Shown piece after piece: positions 11,778 to 24,359 of a stretch of 64,000 bases of DNA. This stretch comes from Azolla caroliniana (lineage: Eukaryota; Plantae; Polypodiophyta). The notes below the pieces were generated by a model. The model saw only the letters and a list, made by a program, of their open reading frames with translations, was not told the DNA's origin and did not search any database. Every line of letters begins with the position of its first letter. The first letter of the stretch is position 1. The position numbers and the translations under genes are program-made. The DNA is taken from contig JBHGNT010000005.1 of the NCBI GenBank assembly GCA_043228905.1, forward strand, positions 23,746,001-23,810,000. Direction: 5' to 3'.

Positions 11778-14340
11778 TTCAAAGGGAGTCATATAATGCG
11801 TCTCCAGTGAATACTCCAACTCCGATGGAAATTGACATTACACGTCATCGCAAACCATTATCGAAAGAGGAAAAGTAGCGACGCCGAGCAAATCGACTAT
11901 GTCTTTATTGTGGTGGACCAGGGCATATTGTAGTGAATTATCCCCATAGGCTAAGAAGATAGGTAAATCAAATAGTTGCCAGTTCTAATTGTACTAAAAC
12001 CAAGTCTATTTTAATAGGAATATCTGATAGTCCTAATAGTACTAATATCCCAAATCTATCGAACAAATTTGATGTCCTTAGTCAGTTAGAAGAAGAGTTA
12101 AACGACTAAGTTCAGGCCAAATAGGAGCCATTTGGTTGGATAGCCCTAGATTTGTGCAACCCATTAGTGGTTATATTCCCTCTAAGCAAGTTAGCAATGT
12201 GTTCTTAGCTCAAGTAACCGTTAGTACTAAAAGTACCCCTCTAGTACATGTCTTAGCACTCCTAGATTCCAGAGCTAATTCTTGCTTCATGGATAAAATT
12301 TTTGCCCAAGCTCATCAGATATCCCTAAGAAAACTCCCATGTCCAGCCTCTGTAGCAGTCATTGATGGTCGTCCCATTGCTTCCGGAAATATCATAGAAG
12401 AGTCAAAGCTAGTTAATATTGTCGTAGATAACTTAGCATGTGTATTATCATTTAATACAATTAGTATCCCAAAACATCTCATTGTTTTGGGATTACCATG
12501 GTTCGAATTACATAGCCCAAACATAGATTAGAGAACAAGAGAAATCCGGTATCGACAAACCCAAGGATCTACTCATAAGATTGCAACCATTTCACTACAT
12601 CAGTTGTGTGAGGAAGGACACAAGGAAGAAATGTTTCTCTTCACAGTATCAGTAAAACCCTCCAAAACCACTAAAGAGGAGTCCATTGTTCAACTTCTAG
12701 AGAAGTATCGTAATTATGCCAATGTGTTCGATAAAGTACAAGCTAATACACTTCCTTAGCATCGACTATATGATTGCCCCATTGATTTACAACCAGGAAA
12801 ATAACCACCATGGGAACCGATCTACAACTTGTCACCAACCGAGGTAGAAATCCTTCGAGCTTATATAGAGGAGAATTTCGCAAATGTTTTCATTCGACAT
12901 TCGAAATCTCCAGTCAACACACCCATTTTCTTCGTCAAGAAAAAGGATCAAGTTTTTTAGAACGGATCAATGGGGCAAAGTTCTTCACAAAGATCGACTT
13001 ACGAGGGGCATATAACCTCGTGTGGATCCAAGCAGGAGATGAATGGAAAACCACGTTTCGCACCAGATATGGGCACCTTGAGTATACGGTTATGCCATTC
13101 GGTCTCACTAATGCGCCAACAGTCTTCTAGCACATGGCAAATGATATATTCCAATATCTCTTCAATGTTTGTTTGATCATCTATTTGAATGATCTACTGG
13201 TTTATTCGAAGACCCAAGAAGAGCATGATTCTCATGTACTATTAGCACTAAAACGACTTCGAGAACATGGTTCGGGTGCAACTAGGTGGAATTTCTGGGC
13301 TATGTCATCTCCTCGGAAGGCATCTCCATGGATCCAGCTAAGGTCAAAATTGTGGTAGAGTGGCAAACTCCATGTTCGTTGTGAGATATGCAATGCTTTT
13401 TAGGCTTTGCCAATTTCTACCGCAAGTTTATATAGGATTACTCAAAGCTTGTTGTGCCTCTCACACAGCTTACCAGAAAGGGACAATCGTTCGTTTGGTC
13501 GGAAGAACTGGACATGGCTTTTGAGAGTCTGAAGAAGGCATTTACATCAGCTCCTATTCTAGCTCATGTTGATCCGGTAAAACCATTTATCATTGAGGCA
13601 GATGCGTCGGATTTCACCTTGGGTAGCATTCTGTCACAACAAGCCGATGATGAAAAGCTACATCCTGTGGGTTTCCACTCACGCAAGTTTGACACCGTTG
13701 AAATCAACTATGAAATTCATGATAAGGAGTTATTAGCAATAGTGGACTCTTTTACGCAATTGAGGCATTTTCTAGAGGGAACTTCTAATCAAGTCACCAT
13801 ATTCAATGATCACAAAAACTTTGCTGACTTTCAGAATGCTCGTGTGTTAAATCAACGTCAAGATTGGTGGGCCCAATTCCTCACTCGTTTCGACTTCATA
13901 ATTACGTATTGTCCAGGAAAGCAACAAGGGAAGGTAGATACATTATCATGGTGTTTGTATCTAGCACTGTGTCCCGGCGAGCCAACTTTTGATAACCAAA
14001 AGTAGGTAATCCTAGGACCGGCACGACTGCAAGCAACGTGGGTCTTCGGTATGCCATTAGATTCCCACGTTATCGATACCATACGTGAGGACTTGAAGAT
14101 AGATGCTTTTGCCCAAGCCATTCTAGCACAAATTGATCCCTCTTGACCATCTTGTTCACAGTCGCAACAACCAGGTATAGACTATCGACAATTCGAATGT
14201 CATGATGGATTACTATTCTTTAAAAAACTCTTGGATGTTCTTGATGGTTGTTGTCGCCTAGGAGTAGTCCAAAACTATCATGACACATATACAATTGGGC
14301 ATTTTGGTAGTACTAAACCATTAGATTTAGTACAACGATC
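11778..14340 (+). mobile_element. Degenerate Ty3/Gypsy chromovirus fragment (gag knuckle, protease, RT, RNase H, start of integrase)
   Basis: CLYCGGPGH knuckle, LLDSRAN protease, [25 protein letters not shown] and [16 protein letters not shown]. Many stops and deletions. Confidence 0.88.
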
Positions 14341-14879
14341 ATTCACTTCCTCTCCTGGTTCTCCTACGCCTCGCTTGCGCTCCTCGTCTAGTTCGATCTT
14401 GCGTACCACGACTCTTCTCGTCCGACGCTCCTCGACTCGTCTGGTTCCGCGCACTTCAACCTCTACAGTCGGCTTGTCTTCTTCCTTGGCCCTTCTCATC
14501 TCTTTTGTTGCTACTGTGTAGGTGCCTCTTGACCTGTTGACTCCTTCATATTAGTGTTGAGTTCAGCTACCCTTGTTCCCGCTTGGCCCATCGAATCGGC
14601 TCCTCCGAATCGAACATTTGGATTGAATCAATCTCTTCCAATTTACTTCGACTCTTTACCGAATCGTCTATCTCTGTTTCATCTACTTCTAGACCCTTGA
14701 CCACATCCGCCCATGTCTTGGTATTGGTCTTCACGCGGTTGGCTCTATCCTCTTCGACTCTACCGCCTTTCTTGCCCTTCTCGGCTTTTCCTCCCCTTGG
14801 TTCGGTTCGCTCTAGCCTCCCCTTGTATTTGGATATCGTACGATTAGCCGATCTTCTTCCATCTGTTCATATGTTTGTT

Positions 14880-15189
14880 ATCTGTATAGGTGTACGGGAG
14901 GATAAGGTGTAATGTGTATGGTCTAAGTTGTTTAATGTATATGAGTATGTGTGAGCACATGCACAATTATGTGCATGAGACAAGAATGTAACGGTCTTAT
15001 TTGTGTAACGGTCATACTATTAACCGTTACATTATGTACTATAAAAACCCTTTATGGGGCACATAATGAATATAAAATTTTCCCCTCTCATTTTGGTGTG
15101 TTTCTTTGTTTCACTCTCCTTCTCTCTCTCTAACATAATTCCCCTTGGGAGGGGGGTGAAGCCATTCTAAGATTCACCCCCACCCCAAC
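14880..15189 (+). mobile_element. Partial LTR (same family as 3203-3751)
   Basis: Clear similarity to 3415-3751, including the terminal hairpin and CCCCAACA end. Confidence 0.65.
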
Positions 15190-16189
15190 AACAACGTCCA
15201 CGGCTTCTTCGACCTGATTGGACATTCCGACTTCTTTAGTCGGGCTGAAATCAAATTCGTCATTCGTGTTGGCTTTTCGAACTTCGTCTCTCTCTTCTCC
15301 TTCTTCCCTCCTCGCCCTCGAGTTCGGCATGTCGATATGTTATAGGCCAAGCATACTAGAAGAATGCCACAACTTGTCGAGACCAAGAAGTTTGGTGAAG
15401 ATATCGGCCACCTACCGATCAGTTGGAACATGCACTAGTTTGACTTCTCTAGAGATGACTCGCTCGCGGACAAAATGATAGTGCACCTCGATGTGCTTTG
15501 TCCGGGCCTAGAAGACGGGGTTCTTTGCTAATTGAATACTATTGAGGTTGTCACAATATATTTCGGTTGGCTTGGACACCTCCACACGTGGATCCCATAA
15601 TAGTCTTTTTAACCAAATGACTTCGCACGTAGTGACTGCCGTCCTCGATACTCGGCCTCTATGCTCGACAGTGCCATTGTCGGCTGCTTTTTACTACTCC
15701 ATGTAATCAATGCACTTCCCAATGAAAATGCATATCCAGATGTTGATTTGCGATCGCCAGCATTTCCGGCCCAATCGGCATCCGTGTAGCCAACTAACTG
15801 TTTGGCTACTCCTAGCCGATATAGCAACACCATGTCCTTAGTAATGTCGACATACCGCAATATCCTTTGCGTGCACTAAAGGTGTTCGATCTTTGGCTGC
15901 GACATGAATTGATTGATCAGACTCACCGGGTAACTGAGATCCGGCCGAGTGATCATCAAGTAGATGAGGCTTTCGACAATCTGTCAGAACTGTGTCAGGT
16001 CACACGGCTTTCCTAAATCTCGGCGAAGCTTCATGTTTCTGTCCAGAGGGGTAGAGATAGATTTGCAATCCACCATCCTGAACTTGAAGAGCATATTCAA
16101 CACATAATGATGTTGGCTGATCAATATGCCTTCGGGGGCTCAGATCACTTCGATCCCGAGGAAGTAATGAAGGTCTCCAAGATCCTTCA
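15190..16189 (-). pseudogene. Ty1/Copia RT-RNase H and 3' region remnant
   Basis: MKDLGDLHYFLGIEV, LIYLMITRPDLSY, GYTDADWAGNAGDRKSTSGY, YCDNLNSIQLAKNP, RTKHIEVHYHFVRE. Confidence 0.85.
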
Positions 16190-16599
16190 TGTCATGTGTT
16201 GTCCGCCGGTGTTGTCCGCTGGACCTAACGCGTAGACAAGTAGAATATATTATTAGAAGCGTTAAAGAAACACATATAATGGTTCACGCTAAGACAGAGA
16301 GGAAATTAGTATTAAGAGGAAAAGAGGGTGTAGAACACTCGAGAGAAGGAGAGAGACATAGAGAGAGAGAGAGAGAAAATGATGATGACAGTGATATATT
16401 ATGTGAAAGAATATACAAGGATGGTTAGGAGGCTTAAGACTGACATTAGGCCGATTTGGTTCGAAATAATGCCTTGTGCCTCCTTTTATAGTGTTCTTAG
16501 GTGTACTCCTAAATTTTCTAGAATGTTCAAGAGAAATCTGGAATATACATCAATTTTCTATGGTAAAATTTAAACAAAAATAATATCCTTCATATTACA

Positions 16600-16670
16600 A
16601 TATATCTAGTCTAATGGTCAAGAGCTTGACCCATGTAACATAAGGTCGTGGGTTCGAATCCTGCCATATC
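16600..16670 (+). promoter_or_regulatory. tRNA-like Pol III internal promoter (A box + B box) inside a chromovirus LTR, antisense to the element
   Basis: A box TAGTCTAATGG (16607-16617) and perfect B box GGTTCGAATCC (16651-16661) at tRNA-like spacing, with T-arm GTGGG-TTCGAAT-CCTGC. Degenerate homologues at ~8385-8440 and ~11688-11745. Confidence 0.6.
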
Positions 16671-17613
16671 ATGACACTATCCCCCCCCTTTAAAACGAGA
16701 AATGTCACGAGTCATTTTGGATTGAGGACCTGGTTTGTCAGGATATTGATGATGGAAGTCTTCAAGAAGAGCACGAGCATTGGTCCCATTCTCTAATGGT
16801 TCCCAACTACGGTCGATGGGACTATATCCTAGCCAATCGACTAAATAGTAGAGCTTGTTGCGGACAATCTTGGAATCGAGGATGGCGGCAACCTTGTACT
16901 CAGGTCCATCTTCAAGTTCGATCGGGGGTGGAGGTGGTTTAATACGACTTGGGATGGTGCTGTCCTTATAGGGTTCTAGGAGAGAACTATGAAACACCAG
17001 ATGTATCCGTAGTTACAGAGGTAGATCGAGACGAAAAGCGAGATCATTAATCTTTTCGATAATACAGAAACGATCTAATCGCAGATATTCCAACTTCTCG
17101 CATGGGCGAGCAATCTTGATGTGTCATTGTAGTAGGGTAAAAGCATGCGAGTGGAAACACTATTATAGCTAATTAGCTACTAAAATGGCCATAGCTAATT
17201 AGCTATTTGTTTAGCTAGTCTTTCTTGTGGGAAAATCAAATATTTGAAAAACTAATTTATTAAAAAACTCAAATATTTGAACTTCTGTTTCAGACGTAGT
17301 GGAACTTGGGGAATATCACCATCATCTAAGGTCGACTTCAATGTCATCAATTTCCTGTTTAGCCTAAGTCTGATTTTGAACGCAGATGGAGTACTCAGAG
17401 CACGAACGCAGACGTAGCTCCCGCAACAGCAAAAAATCGACATTGCAGATTGAGAGCTACAACACAGAACCCGCTCGATCATCGTCCAGGTATGTTTCAA
17501 TTACAGAAACCCCAAACATTTGTTTTTTCTTTTTGACTACTGTCTGAACTTTGGTGCCGATTCATATTTCCCCAAAATCGAATAGGGCGAAGTCCTTGGA
17601 GTCCCATACAAGG

Positions 17614-20600
17614 ATGTCTCGCAAATCGGGGAGTAGCAACAGGTGTGTTTATATTACTTTTTTTGTGTTTAATCCTGTCTTTAGTGATTGAAATTTCTGA
17701 TTAGGGTTTGTGATTGAAATTTCTGATTAGGGTTTTTGATTATAAATTTCTGATTAGAATTTCTGAATAGGGTTTCTGGTTACAAATTTTGATTACAAAT
17801 TAGAATTTCTGAATAGGGTTTTTGTTTATAAATTTCTGCTTAGGATTTCTGATTAGGGTTTGTGATTGAAATTTTTTATTAGGGTTTCTGATTGAAATTT
17901 CTGATTAGGGTTTTTGATTATAAATTTCTGATTAGAATTTCTGAATAAGGTTTCTGGTTACAAACTTCTGATTACATATTTTGATTAGGGTTTCTGATTT
18001 CAAACTTCTCATTACAGATTTTGATTAGGGTTTCTGATTTCAAATTTCTGAATACAAATTATGATTAGGGTTTCTGATTTGCTAAGTTAAAGATTTTGCA
18101 CCATTTTTGTTGTTGTTGATTGGGGTTTTTGATTCTCACATATTCTGATTTTGCACTATTTCTGATTTCTGAAATGATATTTCAGATGGCTCGTTCCTCC
18201 GTATACGAGAGTGCTAAACTTCGCAAAATTTTGCGAGACAAAGGAGGACTTCCACAACACCTATGGTCTGTCACTCGAGGGTGTTGACCCTGCTGTCCTA
18301 AGTGATAAATTGATCAGTGATATAGACTGGATGACAGTATATACAGTGCCTAGAGTCAAAGGCAAGGTCAAGCTGAAGCATGTACGAGCCGACTTGTACG
18401 ATGACTGCATGAGACTGCACCAGAAAGTTCATCAGGAGATCCCAGTCAACAATGAGTTGTCAGTTTCATTTGCTAGAGCATTTGCATATGAGTACTGCAA
18501 AACAGCGAAGGAATCTAGAGACCCTGAAATGTATAGGGTAGCTTGGGCAGTCTATGGTGAGGCATCGGTAAAAAGATGCTGAAAGATGGGGACCTTGGCA
18601 CAAAAAATAGACAGATTTTGGAGCATGGCAGCTGTTGATGCAACTGCCGACTCCCAGCAAGACCAGAGGCATACACCACACCGACACCCAAGGAAAGCCA
18701 ATGTCGATGATACAGGTGAGACATTGGTTAGCTATATGCTAAAAAAAGTCCATGAAGCCTGTGAGACATTGGCATTTTTTAAGACTGATTTAGAGAAAGC
18801 CACAATGGCTTCTGCAATGGAGAGCAAAGTTACTTCTGCTGTTACAACAATTAGAAATAAGATTCAGGTAACTATTGTTTTGCTGGTATGTGATTGTGTT
18901 ATAAATAACGGGTAAAATGTGCTAATCAAGCATTATCTGGAATAGGTTGCGCAACAGGAGCTTGAATTAGAGGGGCCACTAGATCCCCAGCGTAAAATAG
19001 AACTGCAAATAGAGATCCAGGTTCTTTCAATGAACCTGGACCTTCTAGGTGTAAATACTGTTGCAGATTACAATTTGGATAAGCTTCAAGTAAGTTAACG
19101 ATTCCTGAGCAAAGTTGGTGTATCTTTCAACAACAAGAATAATTAATCGGTAAATTTCTCTGTTGCGTTGAAGGAACAATACATTCATCAAGAACAGGTA
19201 GTTAGCTGCCTTAAGAAGAAGCTACATTTTGTGGAGGGAATGGTAAGGACCAGACAGGATTTGGACCTGAACATTCTTGCTCCCTTACCAAATGAAGTAG
19301 AACCAGAAAATGATTTATTGACAGTTCAAGCATGTTGCATCGCTTGCGGGTTAGGTGTGGAGGACAAAACTGCGTCTTTGTTGGTTCACCTACAACCATG
19401 CAACCACACATACCATCTGCTTTGTTTTCAACATGCCTGTCGAATTGCTGCATTCTGTTTGGGAGATTGCAGTACAACTCTACCAAATGAGTGGAGAAAA
19501 CAAACAGGTATACCATACTGTAGCTAATAAGCTTAGTCTTTTCTAATTAGCTATCCTACTAGCTAATTAGCTACTGGCAGCTAATGAGCTACTAGCTAAT
19601 TAGCTATCCTAGTAGCTAATTAGCTATGGTACTAGCTAATTAGCTAGTACCATAGTTGTGTAAAAAAGCTAAATAGCTATCCTACTAGCTAATTAGCCAC
19701 TGGCAACTAATTAGCTATCCTAGTAACTAATTAGCTACTGCCATAGTTGTGTAAAGTAGCTAATAAGCTATCCTAGTAGCTAGTTAGCTATGGTACTAGC
19801 TAATTAGCTAGTACCATAGTTGTGTAAAAAAGCTAATTAGCTATCCTACTAGCTAATTAGCTACTGGCAACTAATTAGCTATCCTACTAGCTAATTAGCT
19901 ATCCTACTAGCTAATTAGCTATCATAGTAGCTAATTAGCTACTGACATAGTTGTGTAAAGTAGCTAATAAGCTATCCTAGTAGCTAGTTAGCTATGGTAC
20001 TAGCTAATTAGCTAGTACCATAGTTGTGTAAAAAAGCTAATTAGCTATCCTACTAGCTAATTAGCTACTGGCAACTAATTAGCTATCCTACTAGCTAATT
20101 AGCTATCATAGTAGCTAATTAGCTACTGACATAGTTGTGTAAAGTAGCTAATAAGCTATCCTAGTAGCTAATTAGCTACTGGCAGCTAATTAGCTATCCT
20201 AGTAGCTAATTAGCTACTGGCAGCTAATTAGCTGTCCTAGTAGCTAATAAGCTATCCTAGCTACTACATAGTTGAGAAAGTAGCTAATTAGCTTTCATTG
20301 TAGCTAATTAGCTATCCTAGCTACCACCATAGTTAGTAAAATAGCTAATTAGCTATCCTAGCTACTACCATAGTTAGTAAAGTAGCTAATTAGCTATCCT
20401 AGCTACTACCATAGTTGAGTAAAGTAGCTAATTAGCTACCATAGTAGCTAATTAGCTATCCTAGCTACTACTATAGTTGTGTAAAGTAGCTAATAAGCTA
20501 TCCTACTAGCTAATTAGCTATCCTAGTAGGTAATTAGCTATGGTACTAGCTAATTAGCTAGTACTATAGTTGTGTAAAAAAGCTAATTAGGTATCCTACT

Positions 20601-22119
20601 AGCTAATTAGCCACTGGCAACTAATTAGCTATCCTAGTAACTAATTAGCTACTGCCATAGTTGTGTAAAGTAGCTAATAAGTTATCCTAGTAGCTAATTA
20701 GCTACTAGCAGCTAATTAGCTATCCTAGTAGCTAATTAGCTATCCTACTAGCTAATTAGCTACTACCATAGTTGAGTAAAGTACCTAATTAGCTATCCTA
20801 CTAGCTAATTAGCTACTACCATAGTTGTGTAAAGTAGCTAATAAGCTATCCTAGTAGCTAATTAGCTACTAGCAGCTAATTAGCTATCCTAGTAGCTAAT
20901 TAGCTATCCTACTAGCTAATTAGCTACTACCATAGTTGAGTAAAGTACCTAATTAGCTATCCTACTAGCTAATTAGCTACTACCATAGTTGAGTAAAGTA
21001 CCTAATTAGCTATCCTACTAGCTAATTAGCTACTGGCAACTAATTAGCTATCCTAGTAGCTAATTAGCTATCCTACTAGCTAATTAGCTATCCTACTAGC
21101 TAATTAGCTGCTGGCAACTAATTAGCTATCCTACTAGCGAATTAGCTATCCTAGCGAATTAGCTATCCTAGTAGCTACTGCCATAGTTGTGTAAAGTAGC
21201 TAATAAGCTATCCTAGTAGCTAATTAGCTACTGGCAGCTAATTAGCTATCCTAGTAGCTAATTAGCTACTGGCAGCTAATTAGCTGTCCTAGTAGCTAAT
21301 AAGCTATCCTAACTACTACCATAGTTGAGTAAAGTACCTAATTAGCTATCCTAACTACTACCATAGTTGAGTAAAGTACCTAATTAGCTATCCTAACTAC
21401 TACCATAGTTGAGTAAAGTACCTAATTAGCTATCCTAACTACTACCATAGTTGAGTAAAGTACCTAATTAGCTATCATACTAGCTAATTAGCTATCGTAC
21501 TAGCTAATTAGCTATCCTAGCTTCTACCATAGTTTAGTAAAGTAGCTAATTAGCTATCCTAAATAACTATCATGTTATTGTAGAATCTTGTGGATTAAGG
21601 ACGGCACATGATGTGTCTGGTGCTGATGATGCTGCAACAGATGAGGATACTACTGCCAATGTGGCTGAAAGTAAGAGTCCTGCTATCACATCTCCTTCAG
21701 ATCAGCTGCACCCTATTCTTTTGGAACAGTGTACTGAATTAGGCAACGATGTGAAATGCCATGAAATAGTGGAAACAACATGGAAAACGGAGGTTCACAA
21801 CAACAGTGTTTATGAACACTTGATGCAACATTTCTTCGAGTCTCAAGACCTTGATTCCACCCCACCGAGCCCAACTACTGAAAATGTCCAAACAGATCCC
21901 TCTGTACTTGAAAAGCTAGTTCAAGAAACGGCTGATGTGCAATTAGCTGCTGAGGCGATGGGAAGGTTGTCGGAGGAGGACACACTTGCGCATTGGGTCC
22001 TAGAAGCAAGGCTAAATGGGGAACCAACCAGAAAAAGGCTGAAGAAGGGGCCACGATCGGGAACAAGACCAGTTACTCGGTCAAGGGGCCCAGACGTAGT
22101 GGAGCGAAATACTGTTTAG
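17614..22119 (+). CDS. Spliced cargo gene (~574 codons): unknown N-terminal domain, coiled coil, RING-H2 finger, acidic tail; one in-frame TGA at 18580-18582
   Basis: Predicted exons 17614-17642, 18186-18867, 18946-19089, 19174-19507 and 21584-22119. All introns are GT-AG and preserve the frame (MSRKSGSSNR-WLVPPY; NKIQ-VAQQ; DKLQ-EQYI; KQT-ESCG). RING-H2 motif CIAC..PCNHTYHLLC..CLGDC. Probable 5' UTR intron 17490-17585. Confidence 0.7.
17690..18080. repeat. Degenerate ~27-bp tandem repeat containing the telo-box TTAGGGTTT, in the first coding intron of the RING gene
   Basis: About 10 units of GATTAGGGTTT(C/G/T)TGATT..AAATTTCT. Confidence 0.8.
19520..21565. repeat. ~2-kb array of the palindrome TAGCTAATTAGCTA with short variable linkers and higher-order units
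   Basis: Dozens of palindromes separated by TCCTAG/TCCTAC/CTGGC or CATAGTTG(T/A)GTAAAG linkers. Lies within predicted intron 19508-21583. Confidence 0.95.
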
Positions 22120-22289
22120 TTGGATATGATTGTTAGCTTAGGGATTTTGCTAGGGTTTTATGAAGTTTTACTATCCTGTTGGACAAGTAAAACCTTAGAT
22201 TGGTTGTTGCTTGATCCACATTATGTAATGGAACTCTATGATGTTTTTCCAAGATAATTTGAAGAGTGTTGTTCTATGACTGAAACTCT

Positions 22290-23423
22290 TTGATGTTCAG
22301 GATATTGTTTTGTGAGACTAGTAGTTACTTTGTGAGTGTGAATATGTTGGTGTTTTCTGATGTTGCAGAGTCTAAAGGGTTTGATTCTATTGCTCGTAAG
22401 GCCAATGGCAATGTGGATACTGTTGATGTTGCGGCATGTTTAAAGGGCCCCATCTTGAAAGTAGATGTAGCAACTGACACAAGTGATCTGGTCACACAAG
22501 TTGATCAAGCATGTAGCACGGATGACTTGGTGTTGCAGGTAGATGCAGCATGTAGCACGGATGACTTGGTGTTGCAGGTAGATGCAGCATGTAGCACGGA
22601 TGACTTGGTGTTGCAGGTAGATGCAGCATGTGATACCAGTGGACTGATATCGAGCAGAACAGTAGCTACATGCACTGAGGTAATCCAAGGATTGATAACT
22701 AAGTCGACAAAACAAGAGCACCAGAATGTGAAGCTAGGCCCAACACAGTCGACTAGGGGTTTAAAGAGGAAAAGGACACCAGTTGTGTCAGCCGAACCTG
22801 AGCTGATTGAGATTGATCGTATCCTACCAGAAAATGGTGTAACAGCGGCTCAGTTTCAGGAATGGAAACCTAAACCACTAGAAGTCGAGCGAAGAGCCTT
22901 GATCTTGGAGCTTGATAAAGTCTTGATGAGTGTGAGATATATGCAGCCAAGGAGGGACGCAAATCAGTTTCTAGAGTGGGCTGTGGAGTACTTCGATTTG
23001 TTTATTTGGAGTGAAAAACCCAAATCAGATGTGTGGAAGTGTTTGGCAAGATTCTTCCCAAAATGGCGAAGTCGTTTTAAAGGTCAATGGGCACGAGAAA
23101 ATTGTGAGCAGATGGAAGCTGCAAGATTCAAGAGGCTTTCTGATTTTTGGGCTACTTGGCCTGAATATAATGCTGACAATACATTGATTTTGGATACAGA
23201 ACATTTCCGACACTACTTCAATATTCGGAGATGTTGTCTCATTCTACCCGAGGAAATGCCTGAACAGTACCTGGTGCAAACAGTGAGCTGCCAACTAGGT
23301 GCATGGTTGTGGACTCCATACCGAGCTCAATATGCGGATAATATATGTAGACTCGTTCCACTGACTAGCAAGAGCTTAGCTGTTTATAGGAGATTTGTAG
23401 ACATTTCCAATGGTAATTTATAA
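22290..23423 (+). CDS. FCP1/NIF-family HAD-like phosphatase domain ORF, probably catalytically dead; likely a 3' exon starting at 22369
   Basis: LILELDKVL (DxDxT motif degenerate), R..ANQFLEWAVEYFDLFIWS, W.RENC, KRLSDFW..YNADNTLILDT. Splice acceptor TTCTGATGTTGCAG at 22368. Internal 39-bp/13-aa repeat AACSTDDLVLQVD. Confidence 0.65.
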   Translation: MMFRILFCETSSYFVSVNMLVFSDVAESKGFDSIARKANGNVDTVDVAACLKGPILKVDVATDTSDLVTQVDQACSTDDLVLQVDAACSTDDLVLQVDAACSTDDLVLQVDAACDTSGLISSRTVATCTEVIQGLITKSTKQEHQNVKLGPTQSTRGLKRKRTPVVSAEPELIEIDRILPENGVTAAQFQEWKPKPLEVERRALILELDKVLMSVRYMQPRRDANQFLEWAVEYFDLFIWSEKPKSDVWKCLARFFPKWRSRFKGQWARENCEQMEAARFKRLSDFWATWPEYNADNTLILDTEHFRHYFNIRRCCLILPEEMPEQYLVQTVSCQLGAWLWTPYRAQYADNICRLVPLTSKSLAVYRRFVDISNGNL

Positions 23424-23549
23424 ATATGTAAAGAGATGACATTATTCAATGAAGAATTTAATTACTTGTTCCCACTGTACTTATCTACTGTGTAATTTGA
23501 GGAATATGTTGCAGATTGTTGATTTCATTCTATTGATGACTATTTAGCT

Positions 23550-24359
23550 ATTGACAGCTAATTAGCTGCATTTGTACAGCTAATTAGCTGCATTTGTACA
23601 GCTAATTAGCTACTGATGACTATTTCGCTATAACTTATAACTTAAAACTTAACAAAAAAGACATGATTTTATTGAGAAAGAAGCACAGAAAGCAGACTGT
23701 ATACAAGAAATTGATTCCAAACGAATTTATTGATCTGTTTTCGCGAAATACATGTTTGTTTTACAAGAGAACATGGTAAGTGCTACTTGTAGCTACAAAT
23801 TCCATGGCATACTATTGTAAATACATTTGTACAGCTAATTAGCTGCATTTGTACAGCTAATTAGCTACTGATGACTATTTCGCTATAACTTATAACTTAA
23901 AACTTAACAAAAAAGACATGATTTTATTGAGAAAGAAGCACAGAAAGCAGACTGTATACAAGAAATTGATTCCAAACGAATTTATTGATCTGTTTTCGCG
24001 AAATACATGTTTGTTTTACAAGAGAACATGGTAAGTGCTACTTGTAGCTACAAATTCCATGGCATACTATTGTAAATACATTTGTACAGCTAATTAGCTG
24101 CATTTGTACAGCTAATTAGCTGCATTTGTACAGCTAATTAGCTACTGATGACTATTTCGCTATAACTTATAACTTAAAACTTAACAAAAAAGACATGATT
24201 TTATTGAGAAAGAAGCACAGAAAGCAGACTGTATACAAGAAATTGATTCCAAACGAATTTATTGATCTGTTTTCGCGAAATACATGTTTGTTTTACAAGA
24301 GAACATGGTAAGTGCTACTTGTAGCTACAAATTCCATGGCATACTATTGTAAATACATT
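23550..24359. repeat. Triplicated ~255-275-bp unit covering the transposase C-terminal codons and 3' UTR
   Basis: GCTACAAATTCCATGGCATACTATTGTAAATACATT recurs at ~23792, ~24047 and ~24324. Each unit contains CAGCTAATTAGCT variants. Confidence 0.9.

Noticed and set aside
16600-16670. Functional tRNA gene
   Set aside because: Acceptor and anticodon stems do not pair convincingly, so it is reported only as a tRNA-like promoter module.
18574-18585. Selenocysteine reading of Cys-UGA
   Set aside because: Land plants are generally considered to lack the Sec machinery, I could not identify a SECIS by eye, and neither protein is a redox enzyme. Kept only as generic recoding.
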